Positions 1 through 9,148 of a stretch of 64,000 bases of DNA are shown in pieces. The stretch is from a virus. The number at the start of each line of letters is the position of its first letter. The stretch's first letter is position 1. The stretch lies in the IMG/VR virus record IMGVR_UViG_3300025929_000012, positions 46,329 through 110,328 of that record. One strand, written 5' to 3'. The notes beneath the pieces are model-generated. The model had not been told where the DNA came from, did no database searches, and was given only the letters and a program-made list of their open reading frames with translations. Position numbers and translations under genes: made by a program.

Positions 1-992
1 GGCGGGAGGGCCTTGGTGAGGCTGGTGACGGACGTCAGCCATGGGACGAGCGCCCCGGCGATGACGGGGGCCTGGGCTGCCTTGAGGTCTTTCCAGCCTT
101 GCGACATGGTGCCGAGCTGCCTGGACAGGTCGATTTGCGCCTGGGACATGCCCGCGTAGGCGGCCTTCACGGCCAGCGCCTGGTTGGATGCCGCGGTGGC
201 GTCCGCCTTGCGGAGCGCGGACAGGGCGGCGACCTGCTGGGCGTGGGTTTTCGCGGCCCCGGACGCGACCTGGTACTGGGCAGCGGCCTTCCCGATCGCC
301 GTGTTGTACGTCGTCTGCGCGGCGGCGGCGGCCTTCTGGGCTGCCTCCGCCCCGGCGAGGACCGGCTTGGCGACGGCCCCGAACGCGGCGAGTGCCCCGG
401 CGCCGGCGGTGAACGCCCCCGCGAGGCCCACCGCTGCGCCGGTCGCGACCCCGGCGGCGGTGCCGAGCGCCCCGACAGACAGCAGTGCGGGGCCGAGCCA
501 GAACGGGCCGCCGGCGTTCCTCAGCTTGTCAGCGAGCCCCTGGACTTTCGCGGTCACCTTGTCCAGGTCGCTGTTCGCCTGCGCGGTGTCGGCCCTGACC
601 CTGACCGTGGGGGACTTGCGGCCGAGCGCGTCCGCCTTGGCGGCGGCCTTGCCCAGCCCGGCGTCGGCCTCGGTGGTGTCGGCCTTGACCTTGACGACGG
701 GGGCTTTCTTGCCGAGCTGGTCAGCTTTCGCGGCGGTCTTGTCGAAGTCGGCGAGCGCGTGGGTGCTGTCGCCCCGCACGCGGACGACGGCGGTCTTGCG
801 GCCGAGGCTGTCGGCGTTCTTGCGGACGTCGGCGAAGGTTTTCCGGGCGTCTTCGGCGTCGGCCTTGACCTTGACGGTGACGGGCTTGCCGGAGAACTTG
901 GCGGCGTCGGCTTTCGCTGCGTCGAGGTCCCGCGTGAACTCGTCGCGCTTCAGGACAAGCCTGGCCTCCACGCTGCCGGCGTCGAAGCTCAT
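1..992 (-). CDS. Tape measure protein, N-terminal part (runs off window start)
   Basis: Not in ORF track because it has no stop. Hand translation from ATG 992: MSFDAGSVEARLVLKRDEFTRDLDAAKADAAKFSGKPVTVKVKAD; Ala-rich with VKVKAD repeats; lies downstream of the tail chaperones. Confidence 0.85.
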   Translation of the reverse strand, partial: MSFDAGSVEARLVLKRDEFTRDLDAAKADAAKFSGKPVTVKVKADAEDARKTFADVRKNADSLGRKTAVVRVRGDSTHALADFDKTAAKADQLGKKAPVVKVKADTTEADAGLGKAAAKADALGRKSPTVRVRADTAQANSDLDKVTAKVQGLADKLRNAGGPFWLGPALLSVGALGTAAGVATGAAVGLAGAFTAGAGALAAFGAVAKPVLAGAEAAQKAAAAAQTTYNTAIGKAAAQYQVASGAAKTHAQQVAALSALRKADATAASNQALAVKAAYAGMSQAQIDLSRQLGTMSQGWKDLKAAQAPVIAGALVPWLTSVTSLTKALP

Positions 993-1033
993 CCGCCATC
1001 ACCGCCGCCACTCAAGGTGAGATGATGTGCGCC

Positions 1034-1198
1034 ATGAGTGACGAGAAGCGGGGCGCGCGGGTGAGGGCAGCCGTGAAGCGCTGCCCGGGCAAGGGGCTGC
1101 TCACCGTCCGGGGCGTCGTGTGCGCTACAGCAGGGCTAGCCGTCGCCGGGGCCGTGGCGTGGGCTGCCGTGAAGGTGGCGGGCCGCCGTGCCGGGTGA
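1034..1198 (+). CDS. Small membrane protein (54 aa), first gene of + strand cassette A
   Basis: MSDEKRG...VVCATAGLAVAGAVAWAAVKVAGRRAG; one hydrophobic segment; weak -10 (GATGAT) 7 nt before ATG. Confidence 0.45.
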   Translation: MSDEKRGARVRAAVKRCPGKGLLTVRGVVCATAGLAVAGAVAWAAVKVAGRRAG

Positions 1199-1379
1199 CG
1201 TCCTGCCGCCGCCGGACGAGTGGAACCGGGCCGTTGAGCACAGCCGCGCCTGCCCGGGGCACAGCCTCGGGCCCTACGAGGACGACGACGGCAACACGCA
1301 CATGTCCTGCGACGGCAGCGGCGACCCGTATGAGCCGTCGAACTGCGGCTTCGACACCGCTACCGGGGCGCGGACATGA
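1188..1379 (+). CDS. Hypothetical protein (cassette A)
   Basis: 63 aa; ATGA overlap with next gene. Confidence 0.5.
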   Translation: MPGDVLPPPDEWNRAVEHSRACPGHSLGPYEDDDGNTHMSCDGSGDPYEPSNCGFDTATGART

Positions 1380-1738
1380 GCGAGGACGACAACGGGCGGC
1401 TAGAAGATGCCAACGCCCGTCTAGGCGAGGCGATCACCGGGGCAGCCGAGGCGGTAGCCCGGTCCCTCGGATCACTGACCGGATGCGTCATCGCGGCGCT
1501 GCGGGTCCTCGCCGCTGACCCGGTGGTGCGGTTCGCGATGGAGCACCCGGAACTGCTCCGGGCAGAGCGGCCTAAGCCGTGCTGGTGCCTGTGCGCTAAG
1601 GCCCACCCGGGGCTAGCGGTCTGCGACGGCGAGGGCGTCGCCACCGGGACGGTCACCCTGGAGGGCTACGGGCCGGTGACGGTGCAGTACTGCGCCGCGT
1701 GCGCCGCCGCGCAGGCGAGCCGGAGGTTCCGCTCGTGA
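1376..1738 (+). CDS. Cys-rich hypothetical protein (cassette A)
   Basis: CWCLC...CAAC motifs; ATGA and GTGA coupling on both sides. Confidence 0.6.
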   Translation: MSEDDNGRLEDANARLGEAITGAAEAVARSLGSLTGCVIAALRVLAADPVVRFAMEHPELLRAERPKPCWCLCAKAHPGLAVCDGEGVATGTVTLEGYGPVTVQYCAACAAAQASRRFRS

Positions 1739-2058
1739 CCGTGACCGCCCCGGCTAGCACGGCCGAGTCCCGGGCTGCCGCCCTCACCATGTTCGAGGGA
1801 CGGGTTCCGTGCCTGTTCCATCTCGCGGACCCGGCATGCGCGGCGGTTGCCCGGTGGCTGGCGTGGTTCGCCCATGAGGAGAACACCGCACGCTGCGAGA
1901 GCGACGAGCCGTGGCCTGTCTGCGACCAGCACAAGCAGGTGATCCAGGCGAGCAGTGACCCGTTCTGGCGTACCTGGCACAACATGCAGCCGGTTCTCTG
2001 CACGCGGTGCGGGACGCCGCTGCGGCTGGAGCGTTTCGAGCCGCTGTCATCGCCTTAG
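1735..2058 (+). CDS. Cys/His-rich hypothetical protein (cassette A)
   Basis: GTGA overlap at 1735-1738; CxxH and CxxC motifs; stop overlaps the chaperone GT stop. Confidence 0.6.
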   Translation: MTVTAPASTAESRAAALTMFEGRVPCLFHLADPACAAVARWLAWFAHEENTARCESDEPWPVCDQHKQVIQASSDPFWRTWHNMQPVLCTRCGTPLRLERFEPLSSP

Positions 2059-2384
2059 CGCCGCTGCCCTTCCAGGCTGGCGATCATCCCGGCGAGGTCG
2101 AACGCCTCCGCTTCAGCAGCTTCCACGGCCCGGTACCCGGACCCTGCGGCGGTGAGTGACCGAATGTCATCGGGGACGGTCATGTCCGCGTTCAGCGGCA
2201 CCTCAGGCCGGGTCAGGAGCTCTTCGGCGTAGAAGCCTTCCAGGTACGCCTGCTGGTGCGCCCAGGGCAGTCCCGCCCATGCCTGCGGCGAGTAGCCCAG
2301 GTACCGGCGGGCCAGGTACAGGATGAGCCTGTTGTTGGCTAGCTGACGGACCTTAGCGCCGGCCTCGAAGCGGCGCCGCCTGCT
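2055..2384 (-). CDS. Tail assembly chaperone T segment (-1 frameshift extension)
   Basis: Startless 109-codon frame SRRRRFEAGAKVRQLANNRLILYLARRYLGYSPQAWAGLPW...LEGQRR*, -1 relative to G and bounded upstream by TGA 2397-2399. Confidence 0.75.
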   Translation of the reverse strand, partial: SRRRRFEAGAKVRQLANNRLILYLARRYLGYSPQAWAGLPWAHQQAYLEGFYAEELLTRPEVPLNADMTVPDDIRSLTAAGSGYRAVEAAEAEAFDLAGMIASLEGQRR

Positions 2385-2755
2385 TCCGGGTTCAGCTCAC
2401 CGGCCAGCCAGCTGAAGAACGCGAGCCGCACCCTGGGGGGCAGCTTGGAGATCTGCGCGAGGGTCGGGGAGCCGCCGCACAGGTCCGCGTACGGCTTGGT
2501 CAGCACTGACAGCACTGATGGGAGCTGGCCTTCGGGGAGCGCGGCGATCGCGGTGAGGATCGCCTCCGGGTCGGTCCCGGCCGCCTCGACGCCTGCCATC
2601 GACGCCGCGTTCTTCGCCTGGCTGACGGCGAGGTCGGTGATGAACTTGTCGAGGCGCTTCTCGGACGGCTCGGGGACGGTGCCCTTCCCGCCGTTGTACG
2701 CGGTGAAGTCCCATTCGAGGGGCTCCACCACCGTGCCACTGTCGAAACCTGGCAT
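2339..2755 (-). CDS. Tail assembly chaperone G
   Basis: MPGFDSGTVVEPLEWDF...GELNPEAGG; SD-like GAAGGA upstream; lies between major tail and tape measure. Confidence 0.8.
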   Translation of the reverse strand: MPGFDSGTVVEPLEWDFTAYNGGKGTVPEPSEKRLDKFITDLAVSQAKNAASMAGVEAAGTDPEAILTAIAALPEGQLPSVLSVLTKPYADLCGGSPTLAQISKLPPRVRLAFFSWLAGELNPEAGGAASRPALRSVS

Positions 2756-2786
2756 GCAGGGGGTCCTTCCATCAGCGTGTCGGCAA

Positions 2787-2814
2787 CCTAGAGGACATTG
2801 AGATCCTGTAGGAT
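2787..2814 (+). promoter_or_regulatory. Leaderless promoter with inverted-repeat operator
   Basis: CCTAGAGGA-N8-TCCTGTAGG overlaps -10 TAGGAT (2809-2814), 6 nt before ATG 2821. Confidence 0.6.
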
Positions 2815-2820
2815 TGGGGC

Positions 2821-3174
2821 ATGGATGAGATGAGCATCGAGCAGGCACGGCTGAAGCTCGGGGAGGTCGTTGACCGGGCGCGGATCGCGGATCAGTTCAC
2901 GACGATCACCCGCCAGGGGAAGCCCGCCGGCGTGGTCGTGTCACCGGGCTGGCTTGAGCGCACGCGGGCAGCGCTCGCCGCCTTCGCGGGCAGCGAAGAC
3001 CCGCCAGTCTCGGCCAGTGAGGTACGCAAGCACGTCGTTCACCTGGGCGGCCTGCTGGACGGGATGCGCAAGATCATGCTCACGGACGAGGTGCGGGACT
3101 ACTGGAAGCACCTTCAGGACGAGGTCGTTGCCCTCGCCGCCTTGCTACCGGAGAACGCAGAGGGAGAGCAGTAA
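2821..3174 (+). CDS. Phd/YefM-family antitoxin-domain protein (cassette B)
   Basis: MSIEQARLKLGEVVDRA...TTITRQGKPAGVVVS matches the Phd/YefM signature. Confidence 0.75.
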   Translation: MDEMSIEQARLKLGEVVDRARIADQFTTITRQGKPAGVVVSPGWLERTRAALAAFAGSEDPPVSASEVRKHVVHLGGLLDGMRKIMLTDEVRDYWKHLQDEVVALAALLPENAEGEQ

Positions 3175-3264
3175 TGACGGAGCACGCGGACCACGACACC
3201 GGGGGCTACCCGGCTGGGGCGATCACCATTACGTGGAACTGGACGCGGAAGGGCGCGAGAAGCG

Positions 3265-3504
3265 ATGACCGCCGACTTCGACTGTGAGGCGTACGGCCCG
3301 GAAGGCCGGAAGATCGGCGCGCTGTGCTTCATCACCGCTGACCTGGGCGGCCGGATGTGCGCCACGGCGGCGGACTGCCACCGGGTGACCGGCGCCGAAC
3401 GGCAGGAGATATTCCGCGACGCCCGCGAGAGGGCCGCCGCAGGTGACCCGGTAAGCGAGGAGTGCCTTGAGGACGCGTTCCTGTGGCCCGGAGGCGGATC
3501 ATGA
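3265..3504 (+). CDS. Hypothetical protein (cassette B)
   Basis: 79 aa; ATGA coupling. Confidence 0.55.
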   Translation: MTADFDCEAYGPEGRKIGALCFITADLGGRMCATAADCHRVTGAERQEIFRDARERAAAGDPVSEECLEDAFLWPGGGS

Positions 3505-3716
3505 GCGGGCTAGGCGTGCCAGCCGGGCAGGGAGTGTTCGCTGAGATCGGCTTCCTTGAGCCCTGGGGACGCGACGACATGTCCGAGGGCGTCACCGGCT
3601 GCCTGCTGCCCAGTTACCCGGAGGCTGAGATGTGGGTGATCGAGCAGAAGGGCCTGCACCGGAACTGGCTGGTCACGAGCGTGCAGATCACCGCCGAGGG
3701 GGAGGGCGGCGGGTGA
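3501..3716 (+). CDS. Hypothetical protein (cassette B)
   Basis: GGAGG SD; ATGA overlap. Confidence 0.55.
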   Translation: MSGLGVPAGQGVFAEIGFLEPWGRDDMSEGVTGCLLPSYPEAEMWVIEQKGLHRNWLVTSVQITAEGEGGG

Positions 3717-4015
3717 TGGCCAGGTTCAAGAGGCTGACTGACGCCGAGGCCCGCACCCTGACGCGCCGCGAGCTACTGGACCGGATCGAGGCCGAGCAAG
3801 CCTACTGGTTCCGCAAGAAGACCCGCACGGGCGCGGATGATGCCGCGTTCCGCGAGTTCACACGGATCATGTACGCCTACCTGGACCCTGCCGCCGCGAT
3901 GCAGGACACGATCGACCACATTGAGGGCCGCTCGGCCGGCGGCTACTGGAAGACCCGCCCGGGTGAGGATGTCGCTGAGGCGGCGGCCCTCCTCGGTGGT
4001 GGTGAGGGCTCGTGA
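3713..4015 (+). CDS. Hypothetical protein (cassette B)
   Basis: MARFKRLTDAEARTLTRRELLDRIEAEQ; GTGA overlaps. Confidence 0.6.
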   Translation: MMARFKRLTDAEARTLTRRELLDRIEAEQAYWFRKKTRTGADDAAFREFTRIMYAYLDPAAAMQDTIDHIEGRSAGGYWKTRPGEDVAEAAALLGGGEGS

Positions 4016-4320
4016 ACGCCGCCATCGTCTCGGGCTTCCTCGCCATCCTGGCCGGGATCATCGCGGAGAACGCCCACGTCTACTGGCATCGCAAGTGGCT
4101 GCGATGGCTGTCGCTAGGACTGAACATCCCCGGTGCCCTGCTGCTCACCTGGGGGGCGGACATGGCGCACAGGAGCATCCTGGCAGCCACGGCGGTCGTC
4201 GTCTGCGCGGCGTTCGTCCTAGCCGTAGGCGGGTCGCTGGCGTTCATCGCCTTCATGGCCGAGGTCAGGCACCAGGGGTGGGCGCCGGTCGTGAGGCGCA
4301 TGCGGAAGCCGCCCCGGTAG
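4012..4320 (+). CDS. Small membrane protein with about 3 TM segments (cassette B)
   Basis: Three hydrophobic stretches and a basic C-terminus. Confidence 0.6.
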   Translation: MNAAIVSGFLAILAGIIAENAHVYWHRKWLRWLSLGLNIPGALLLTWGADMAHRSILAATAVVVCAAFVLAVGGSLAFIAFMAEVRHQGWAPVVRRMRKPPR

Positions 4321-4479
4321 CTCCCCCTACGAGTGCGACGCGCCGCCGCAAGGTGTCTCGTATGGCCACCTCTCGCAGCGAGGGCAGCGGCCCATGGTCG
4401 TCACCTTCGGAACGGACGCCTGCGGGTTCGCTGTCGTGTCACCTGGGATGGCAGCCATCAGGGGCACCTCTCGTTTCCT

Positions 4480-5133
4480 TTAGTGCTTCGCCACGTACAG
4501 GAGGGTGAAGATCACCAGGGACAGCAGGAACCCGGCGACGGCGAGGACGGTCCCGGTGTTCAGCCGCGTCTCATTCCGCTGCCCCGACGCGCCCGCCTCG
4601 CTGCCCTCGCCCCGGTCAAGCCGGGACGTGAGCCTCAGCTCCAGCGCGGACAGCCGGTCAGTCAGCCCGGTCACCCGCTCAGCCAGCGCGTCGTGGGCCG
4701 TGTCGTACTCGGGGCGGGGCAGGAACGTCGCCGTCTGGTCGGCGAGCGCCTTCCTGAACTCATTCACCGACTCGAACCGGGCGTTAGCCGCCAGCTCCGC
4801 TTTCGCGGTGGCCTTCTCCGCGTTCGCCAGCGCCACGGCCACGGCCTGCTCAGCGGCCTTGAACGCCGCGTCCAGGGCCTTCGTCTGCGTCGCGTACCGC
4901 TCATCGAGAAGCGCCCGCATGTCCGCGATCTGCTGCCGGTGGGCGGCCTGCTGGTCGGTGAACTGCAGCCGGGCGTACTCCCGGCTGTCGATGATCCTGC
5001 CGTTGAGGGTGTCCCGGTCGGCGGCGAGCTGCCGGGTTAGCGCCTCATGCTGCATCGTCATCTGCTGCGTGAAGTGCTCACGGAGGGTGTCTACCGTCCA
5101 GCCGCTGGCAGCCGCCTCAGTCTCGCCGCTCAA
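4480..5133 (-). CDS. Coiled-coil protein with C-terminal membrane anchor
   Basis: Helical heptads; C-terminus VLAVAGFLLSLVIFTLLYVAKH. Confidence 0.7.
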   Translation of the reverse strand: MSGETEAAASGWTVDTLREHFTQQMTMQHEALTRQLAADRDTLNGRIIDSREYARLQFTDQQAAHRQQIADMRALLDERYATQTKALDAAFKAAEQAVAVALANAEKATAKAELAANARFESVNEFRKALADQTATFLPRPEYDTAHDALAERVTGLTDRLSALELRLTSRLDRGEGSEAGASGQRNETRLNTGTVLAVAGFLLSLVIFTLLYVAKH

Positions 5134-5148
5134 CCGCGCCCCCCGGGG

Positions 5149-5763
5149 CTAGAAGAGCATGCCCTCCGGTGGCGGGGGGACGGCTAGCGCGATGCGGCGG
5201 AAGGCGCGGGCCAACTGCGTCCGGCTAATCCCCGACTCGGCAGCCAGCGCCAGGACGGTTGCCCCGGCCCGCCAGCGCGCGTACAGGGCGGTGTACACCT
5301 CATCGTCGTACTTGGTGTTGACGCCGCGCTCCGCGTTGACCTTCTGGGGGACTGGCTCCAGATGATTCGGGTTGACGCACCGCCTGTGAAGGCACTGCCG
5401 CCCGCCGGGGCACGTCAGCCGCTCGCGGGTGTGGCACAGGTGGTCAAGTTGGAGGCCAGCCGGGACCGGCTTCACGAAGCGCTCATACGCCCAGCGATGC
5501 GGGCCGACTACCTTCCTAGCGCCGTTCCCGAACTCGCCGTAACCGTCGCGATTGACGCTAGCCGTCCACGTCCAGCACCCGCCGGGCTCCTTGCGGACAT
5601 GAGAGAAGAACCGCTCCTCCATGTCTTCGATGACCGTGGAGCGTGCCCCGCCGAGGTTGCCGCTGTTGCGCTGCCGCAGGTAGTGCATGTTGCACAACCC
5701 GAGCGCGTAGTGAGGCTTGGGGCAACTGCCGTCACCGGCATAGCCGCAAGTACGCTGTTGCAT
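5149..5763 (-). CDS. Free-standing HNH homing endonuclease
   Basis: CWTWT..N.DGYG...HRWAYE...LDHLC...CVNPNHLEPV...N; N-terminal C3H finger; C-terminal HTH-like segment. Confidence 0.9.
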   Translation of the reverse strand: MQQRTCGYAGDGSCPKPHYALGLCNMHYLRQRNSGNLGGARSTVIEDMEERFFSHVRKEPGGCWTWTASVNRDGYGEFGNGARKVVGPHRWAYERFVKPVPAGLQLDHLCHTRERLTCPGGRQCLHRRCVNPNHLEPVPQKVNAERGVNTKYDDEVYTALYARWRAGATVLALAAESGISRTQLARAFRRIALAVPPPPEGMLF

Positions 5764-5780
5764 GTCGATGCCTCTGACCA

Positions 5781-5850
5781 GGTGTCGGCGGTGCTCCGGG
5801 GTCTGCGTCTGGGAAGTCCAGACTCCGGAGCCTTATTCGTACAGTCTATC
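5781..5850 (-). promoter_or_regulatory. Promoter plus structured 5' leader of HNH gene (copy 1)
   Basis: GATAGACT-GTACGAATAAGG-hairpin (CTCCGGAGTCTG...CAGACCCCGGAG)-GCCGACACC. Confidence 0.6.
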
Positions 5851-5871
5851 GCATTACCGCCATTATCCTGC

Positions 5872-6480
5872 CTATGAGGTCGCGATGGCGGTCAGGTCAA
5901 TTAGAGAGACCGAGGACATGGGGCAGGTCGCTGAAAGGGTCACGGGATAGAGCCGCGCATTAGCGGCTCTCCGGAAATCTGTCTTCACGCTCCCGGCGCT
6001 CATGACGGTGGGCACCGACAGTACCCGGGCGAAGCCGAGCTGGTTCTTGCCGACGACCGCACAGGCAAGGCTCGCGAAACTTGTCGAAAGTACGAGCGTG
6101 GACTTGCCGGGCTGGCTGGCGCCGGGGGCGGTGACCGAGATCGAGCCACCGTTGCCGTACGCCAAGTTGACGTTCGCCAGCGTCTCCTCGGAGAGGCTCG
6201 TGGTTATCTGAAGGCTGACGTTGGTGACGATCACCGCGACCGGCGTCGTTTGCTCTTCGACATTGATGTCGTTAGTCGACGGAGCGTAGTTGACGGAAAC
6301 ACCCTGGTCGGTGGCCCCGACGTAGGACCAGCCGCCGGACACCCAGGAGGAGCCGACGCCGAGGTTCTGATCGGACGGGAGGGCGGTGCCGACGGGGGCG
6401 GTAAATAGAACACCAATTCCATACAAGACGTTGGTGCTCGTGTAGGCGGGAGGGGTGTAGAGCAGCGGCGCACCAGGCAT
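5872..6480 (-). CDS. Major tail (tube) protein
   Basis: NVLYGIGVLFTAPVGTALP...W.YVGATDQGV...I.VEE; size and position fit; AAGGAGG SD. Confidence 0.85.
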   Translation of the reverse strand: MPGAPLLYTPPAYTSTNVLYGIGVLFTAPVGTALPSDQNLGVGSSWVSGGWSYVGATDQGVSVNYAPSTNDINVEEQTTPVAVIVTNVSLQITTSLSEETLANVNLAYGNGGSISVTAPGASQPGKSTLVLSTSFASLACAVVGKNQLGFARVLSVPTVMSAGSVKTDFRRAANARLYPVTLSATCPMSSVSLIDLTAIATS

Positions 6481-6511
6481 GGGCGGGGGCCTCCTTCAGG
6501 CGGCGGGCATG

Positions 6512-6540
6512 GAGAAGGCCCGCGCCAGGACGGGCGGGCC
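6512..6540 (-). terminator. Hairpin, possible terminator or attenuator upstream of major tail
   Basis: GGCCCGC-N10-GCGGGCC followed by TTCTCCATGCCC. Confidence 0.45.
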
Positions 6541-6601
6541 GGGGTGGCGTACGGGGCGTTTAAGCGCGGCGGGATGCGGGAAGGGCGCTACGATTGGTGA
6601 C

Positions 6602-6838
6602 ATGGGCGACACGCTGACGAGGCCGGCGGCGGCATGCCGTGACGTGATGGGCACGCTCGCGGTCCGCCTGTGCACGCTGCAGGAGGCGCGGATGGCTTCC
6701 GGGGCGGTGCTGCTGCTCCCCGCCGGGACCTGCCCCGATGCCGGGGACCGCTACTGCGGCTGGCCCGTGGTCAGGTGCTGCTGCATCCGGGAGCCGATGA
6801 TCGGACTGCCGGGTCGCGATCGGGGGCGCGTGGCGTGA
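6602..6838 (+). CDS. Hypothetical protein, first of cassette C
   Basis: -10 TACGAT (6589-6594) 7 nt before ATG, leaderless. Confidence 0.55.
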   Translation: MGDTLTRPAAACRDVMGTLAVRLCTLQEARMASGAVLLLPAGTCPDAGDRYCGWPVVRCCCIREPMIGLPGRDRGRVA

Positions 6839-7200
6839 GCAGCCCCTTGAAGCTGACCGTCATGACCGGGGCGGAGGGCGAGCCGACCGGGTTCGACTCC
6901 GCGATCGCATCCGTGCCCGGCCGCCTCTGGCACGTCACCGCGGACGGGGAGCGGATGCTGCTGCTGTCGGTGGCCCGCCGTGAGCTGCGGGAACTGTCGG
7001 AGAAGCTCGCCGCGGGCATCAGGGAAAGGCTTCATCACGCCGACTGGGTGATCACCGCCGACCCGGATGAGGTCGCCGCGCTGGGGCTGATGCATGACTG
7101 CGCGTCCTGCCGGGCCGGGGTTGACCAGGCGCTTGCGCGGATGCGGGAGAAGCCCGGCACGGACATGGCCGTCGGGCAGTTGTGGTGGGCGCGGCAGTGA
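6835..7200 (+). CDS. Hypothetical protein (cassette C)
   Basis: GTGA coupling; HDCASC motif. Confidence 0.6.
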   Translation: MSSPLKLTVMTGAEGEPTGFDSAIASVPGRLWHVTADGERMLLLSVARRELRELSEKLAAGIRERLHHADWVITADPDEVAALGLMHDCASCRAGVDQALARMREKPGTDMAVGQLWWARQ

Positions 7201-7448
7201 GCGGCCGGTGGGAGCACGACGACGGCGAAGCCCGGTGGGAGCTGGTCGCCTACCGCGAGGACGTCCCCAGGATGACCACGGACCGGATTGTCGGCGCATG
7301 GGTGACTGACGAGATGATCGCGTCGGTGGCCAGCCCGCAGAGGCTCGCCGTGAGCCTGTTCAATACGATCGGGTCGGTGCCGCCCCCGCTGGAGGAGCAC
7401 CTTCCGCCGTGGGACCCGAACGTGGTCACCTGCGGGGCCGGATCGTGA
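7197..7448 (+). CDS. Hypothetical protein (cassette C)
   Basis: GTGA coupling. Confidence 0.55.
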   Translation: MSGRWEHDDGEARWELVAYREDVPRMTTDRIVGAWVTDEMIASVASPQRLAVSLFNTIGSVPPPLEEHLPPWDPNVVTCGAGS

Positions 7449-7759
7449 GCGGCTTCAATAAGCCGGTGCCGAAGGTTGCCCGGGTGCTGCTGCGGGTTGA
7501 GTGGATGGACGGGCAGGTCCGGGAGTTCGACGCCGAGGAACCGCACGGGCTGGAGGTGGCCATCGGGCGGGAGCCGCCACCGCCGGACTTCGACGCGTGG
7601 GCGGAGGCGCTGGGGAATGAAGCGGGCCTGTGGAGGCCAGAGCACCTGCTGGGCCCGGAGGCGATCTACGACGGGGGCGCGTTCGGCGTCGAGGTGAGGT
7701 TCAAGGCCAACTCGGACAGCAGCAGGCACCCGTTCACGATCCGGGAGCCGGAACTGTGA
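7445..7759 (+). CDS. Hypothetical protein (cassette C)
   Basis: GTGA coupling. Confidence 0.55.
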   Translation: MSGFNKPVPKVARVLLRVEWMDGQVREFDAEEPHGLEVAIGREPPPPDFDAWAEALGNEAGLWRPEHLLGPEAIYDGGAFGVEVRFKANSDSSRHPFTIREPEL

Positions 7760-7932
7760 CCGCGCCCGCGTTCACCTGCCCGTGCTGCGGCGCGGTGTCG
7801 CATCACCCTGCCGACGTTGAGTTCCGCTACTGCGGACGCTGCCACTGGTACACGGGTGATCCTGAGCTCGGCCCGGTGCACCTCGCGGATGCGTGCGAGG
7901 CCCGGACTGCGCCTACAGCTCGCGGAGGGTGA
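7756..7932 (+). CDS. Small Zn-ribbon protein (cassette C)
   Basis: FTCPCCGAVSHHPADVEFRYCGRCH. Confidence 0.6.
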   Translation: MTAPAFTCPCCGAVSHHPADVEFRYCGRCHWYTGDPELGPVHLADACEARTAPTARGG

Positions 7933-8293
7933 GCCCGGCTGCCTGCGCTGCCGCGTAAGCCCGTTCAGCGACCGCGTCCGGTACCTCGGTGCCGTACACG
8001 TCGATGGTGACCGTCTCCCCGCCAGCCTCAAGGGGGGGCACGATCAGCTCGGTCATCGGGGGGACGGTGGCGAGGTTCACGTGCCCTTCGCGGGCGGGCT
8101 CCATCGGCTGGGGGAAGACGGCGGTGCCGGTGTCGGTGACCGCCACCCCGCCGGCCTGCGCGGTACCCTCCTCGGCAGGCGGGGGGAACCCGGTGGGGAT
8201 CGGCGGCGGCACGGGCGGGTCCTCTACGGGCACCACGGGCGGGTCCGCGGCGTCCGCCGGCTCCGGCGCGTCTTGCTCGGGCGTGAAGGGCAC
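7913..8293 (-). CDS. Hypothetical virion-associated protein
   Basis: Pro/acidic N-terminus; AGGAGG SD; in late operon. Confidence 0.65.
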   Translation of the reverse strand: MPFTPEQDAPEPADAADPPVVPVEDPPVPPPIPTGFPPPAEEGTAQAGGVAVTDTGTAVFPQPMEPAREGHVNLATVPPMTELIVPPLEAGGETVTIDVYGTEVPDAVAERAYAAAQAAGLTLREL

Positions 8294-8303
8294 TGCGAGC
8301 CTC

Positions 8304-8675
8304 CTAAGGGACGGGAACGCACTGATACAGCGTGACGCTGTTGCCGGTGACCACGGAGAAGTCGACGTAGGCCATGCCGGAGCCGTCGGCCTGGGTGAAG
8401 TCAGCGGCGGACCACGGGCCGAAGATGTAGTTGGTGGAGTTCGCCACCGCGGCCTGGATCGTGGACGCCGGGTACGCCTGGCCTTGCACCTTCCGGCCGA
8501 TGTTCGACTGGACGTTCCCGGCCCCCGCAGCGCCGACGTACACGACGAGGAAGACCATCCCGTTGTTCGTGAACTGGACGCCGGTGAAGGTCGCGAGAGA
8601 CTGGGCGCCTGACGTGGGGAGGAGCAGGCCGGATGGCCCGGCGAGGTTGACCGGGGTGAGGGTGACGCGTGCCAT
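8304..8675 (-). CDS. Beta-rich virion protein
   Basis: Composition (VQFTNNGMVFLVVYVG...YIFGPW) and position. Confidence 0.7.
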   Translation of the reverse strand: MARVTLTPVNLAGPSGLLLPTSGAQSLATFTGVQFTNNGMVFLVVYVGAAGAGNVQSNIGRKVQGQAYPASTIQAAVANSTNYIFGPWSAADFTQADGSGMAYVDFSVVTGNSVTLYQCVPVP

Positions 8676-8716
8676 CGCCGCCGCCTTCCGCTAGTGGGAC
8701 TGGTAGGGCAGCCGGG

Positions 8717-9148
8717 TCACGTGGAGTCAGCCAGCCACTTCTGGAAATCGCCGTAGACGATGATCGGGCACGACGTGACGGTGCTCCCGGCGGTGATGCC
8801 GAGGCGGATGTAGGAGCCGGGGAAGCCGCCGTTGACGGGGATGATGAAGCTCGCGCCCGTGACCGCGGTGATCGCGGTGATGGTGGTGCCGACTCCGTTG
8901 AGGGGGTTGGTGATCAGCCCGGCGGCAGCTGCTCCGGAGGCGCCGATCCACGTGGTGCCGTTGTCGGGGCTTACCTGGAGGAACGGCAGGATCGTGGGGG
9001 TGCCGGCGATGGTGCCGAAGATCCCGTACACGTAGCCGCGGACCCAGTCCGACGCGCTGAACGCGGGGCCGTAAGTGGTCGCCGCGGCGGCTAGGGTGGT
9101 CTGGGGGTAAAGCTTGACGACGTCGCTCTCGTACCCGATGGGACTCAA
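8717..9148 (-). CDS. Beta-rich virion protein
   Basis: LQVSPDNGTTW motif; start uncertain (TTG 9148 or ATC 9139). Confidence 0.7.
   Translation of the reverse strand: MSPIGYESDVVKLYPQTTLAAAATTYGPAFSASDWVRGYVYGIFGTIAGTPTILPFLQVSPDNGTTWIGASGAAAAGLITNPLNGVGTTITAITAVTGASFIIPVNGGFPGSYIRLGITAGSTVTSCPIIVYGDFQKWLADST

Noticed and set aside
99-1025. Long + strand ORFs 99-1025 and 184-1020
   Set aside because: Antisense shadows of the tape measure gene
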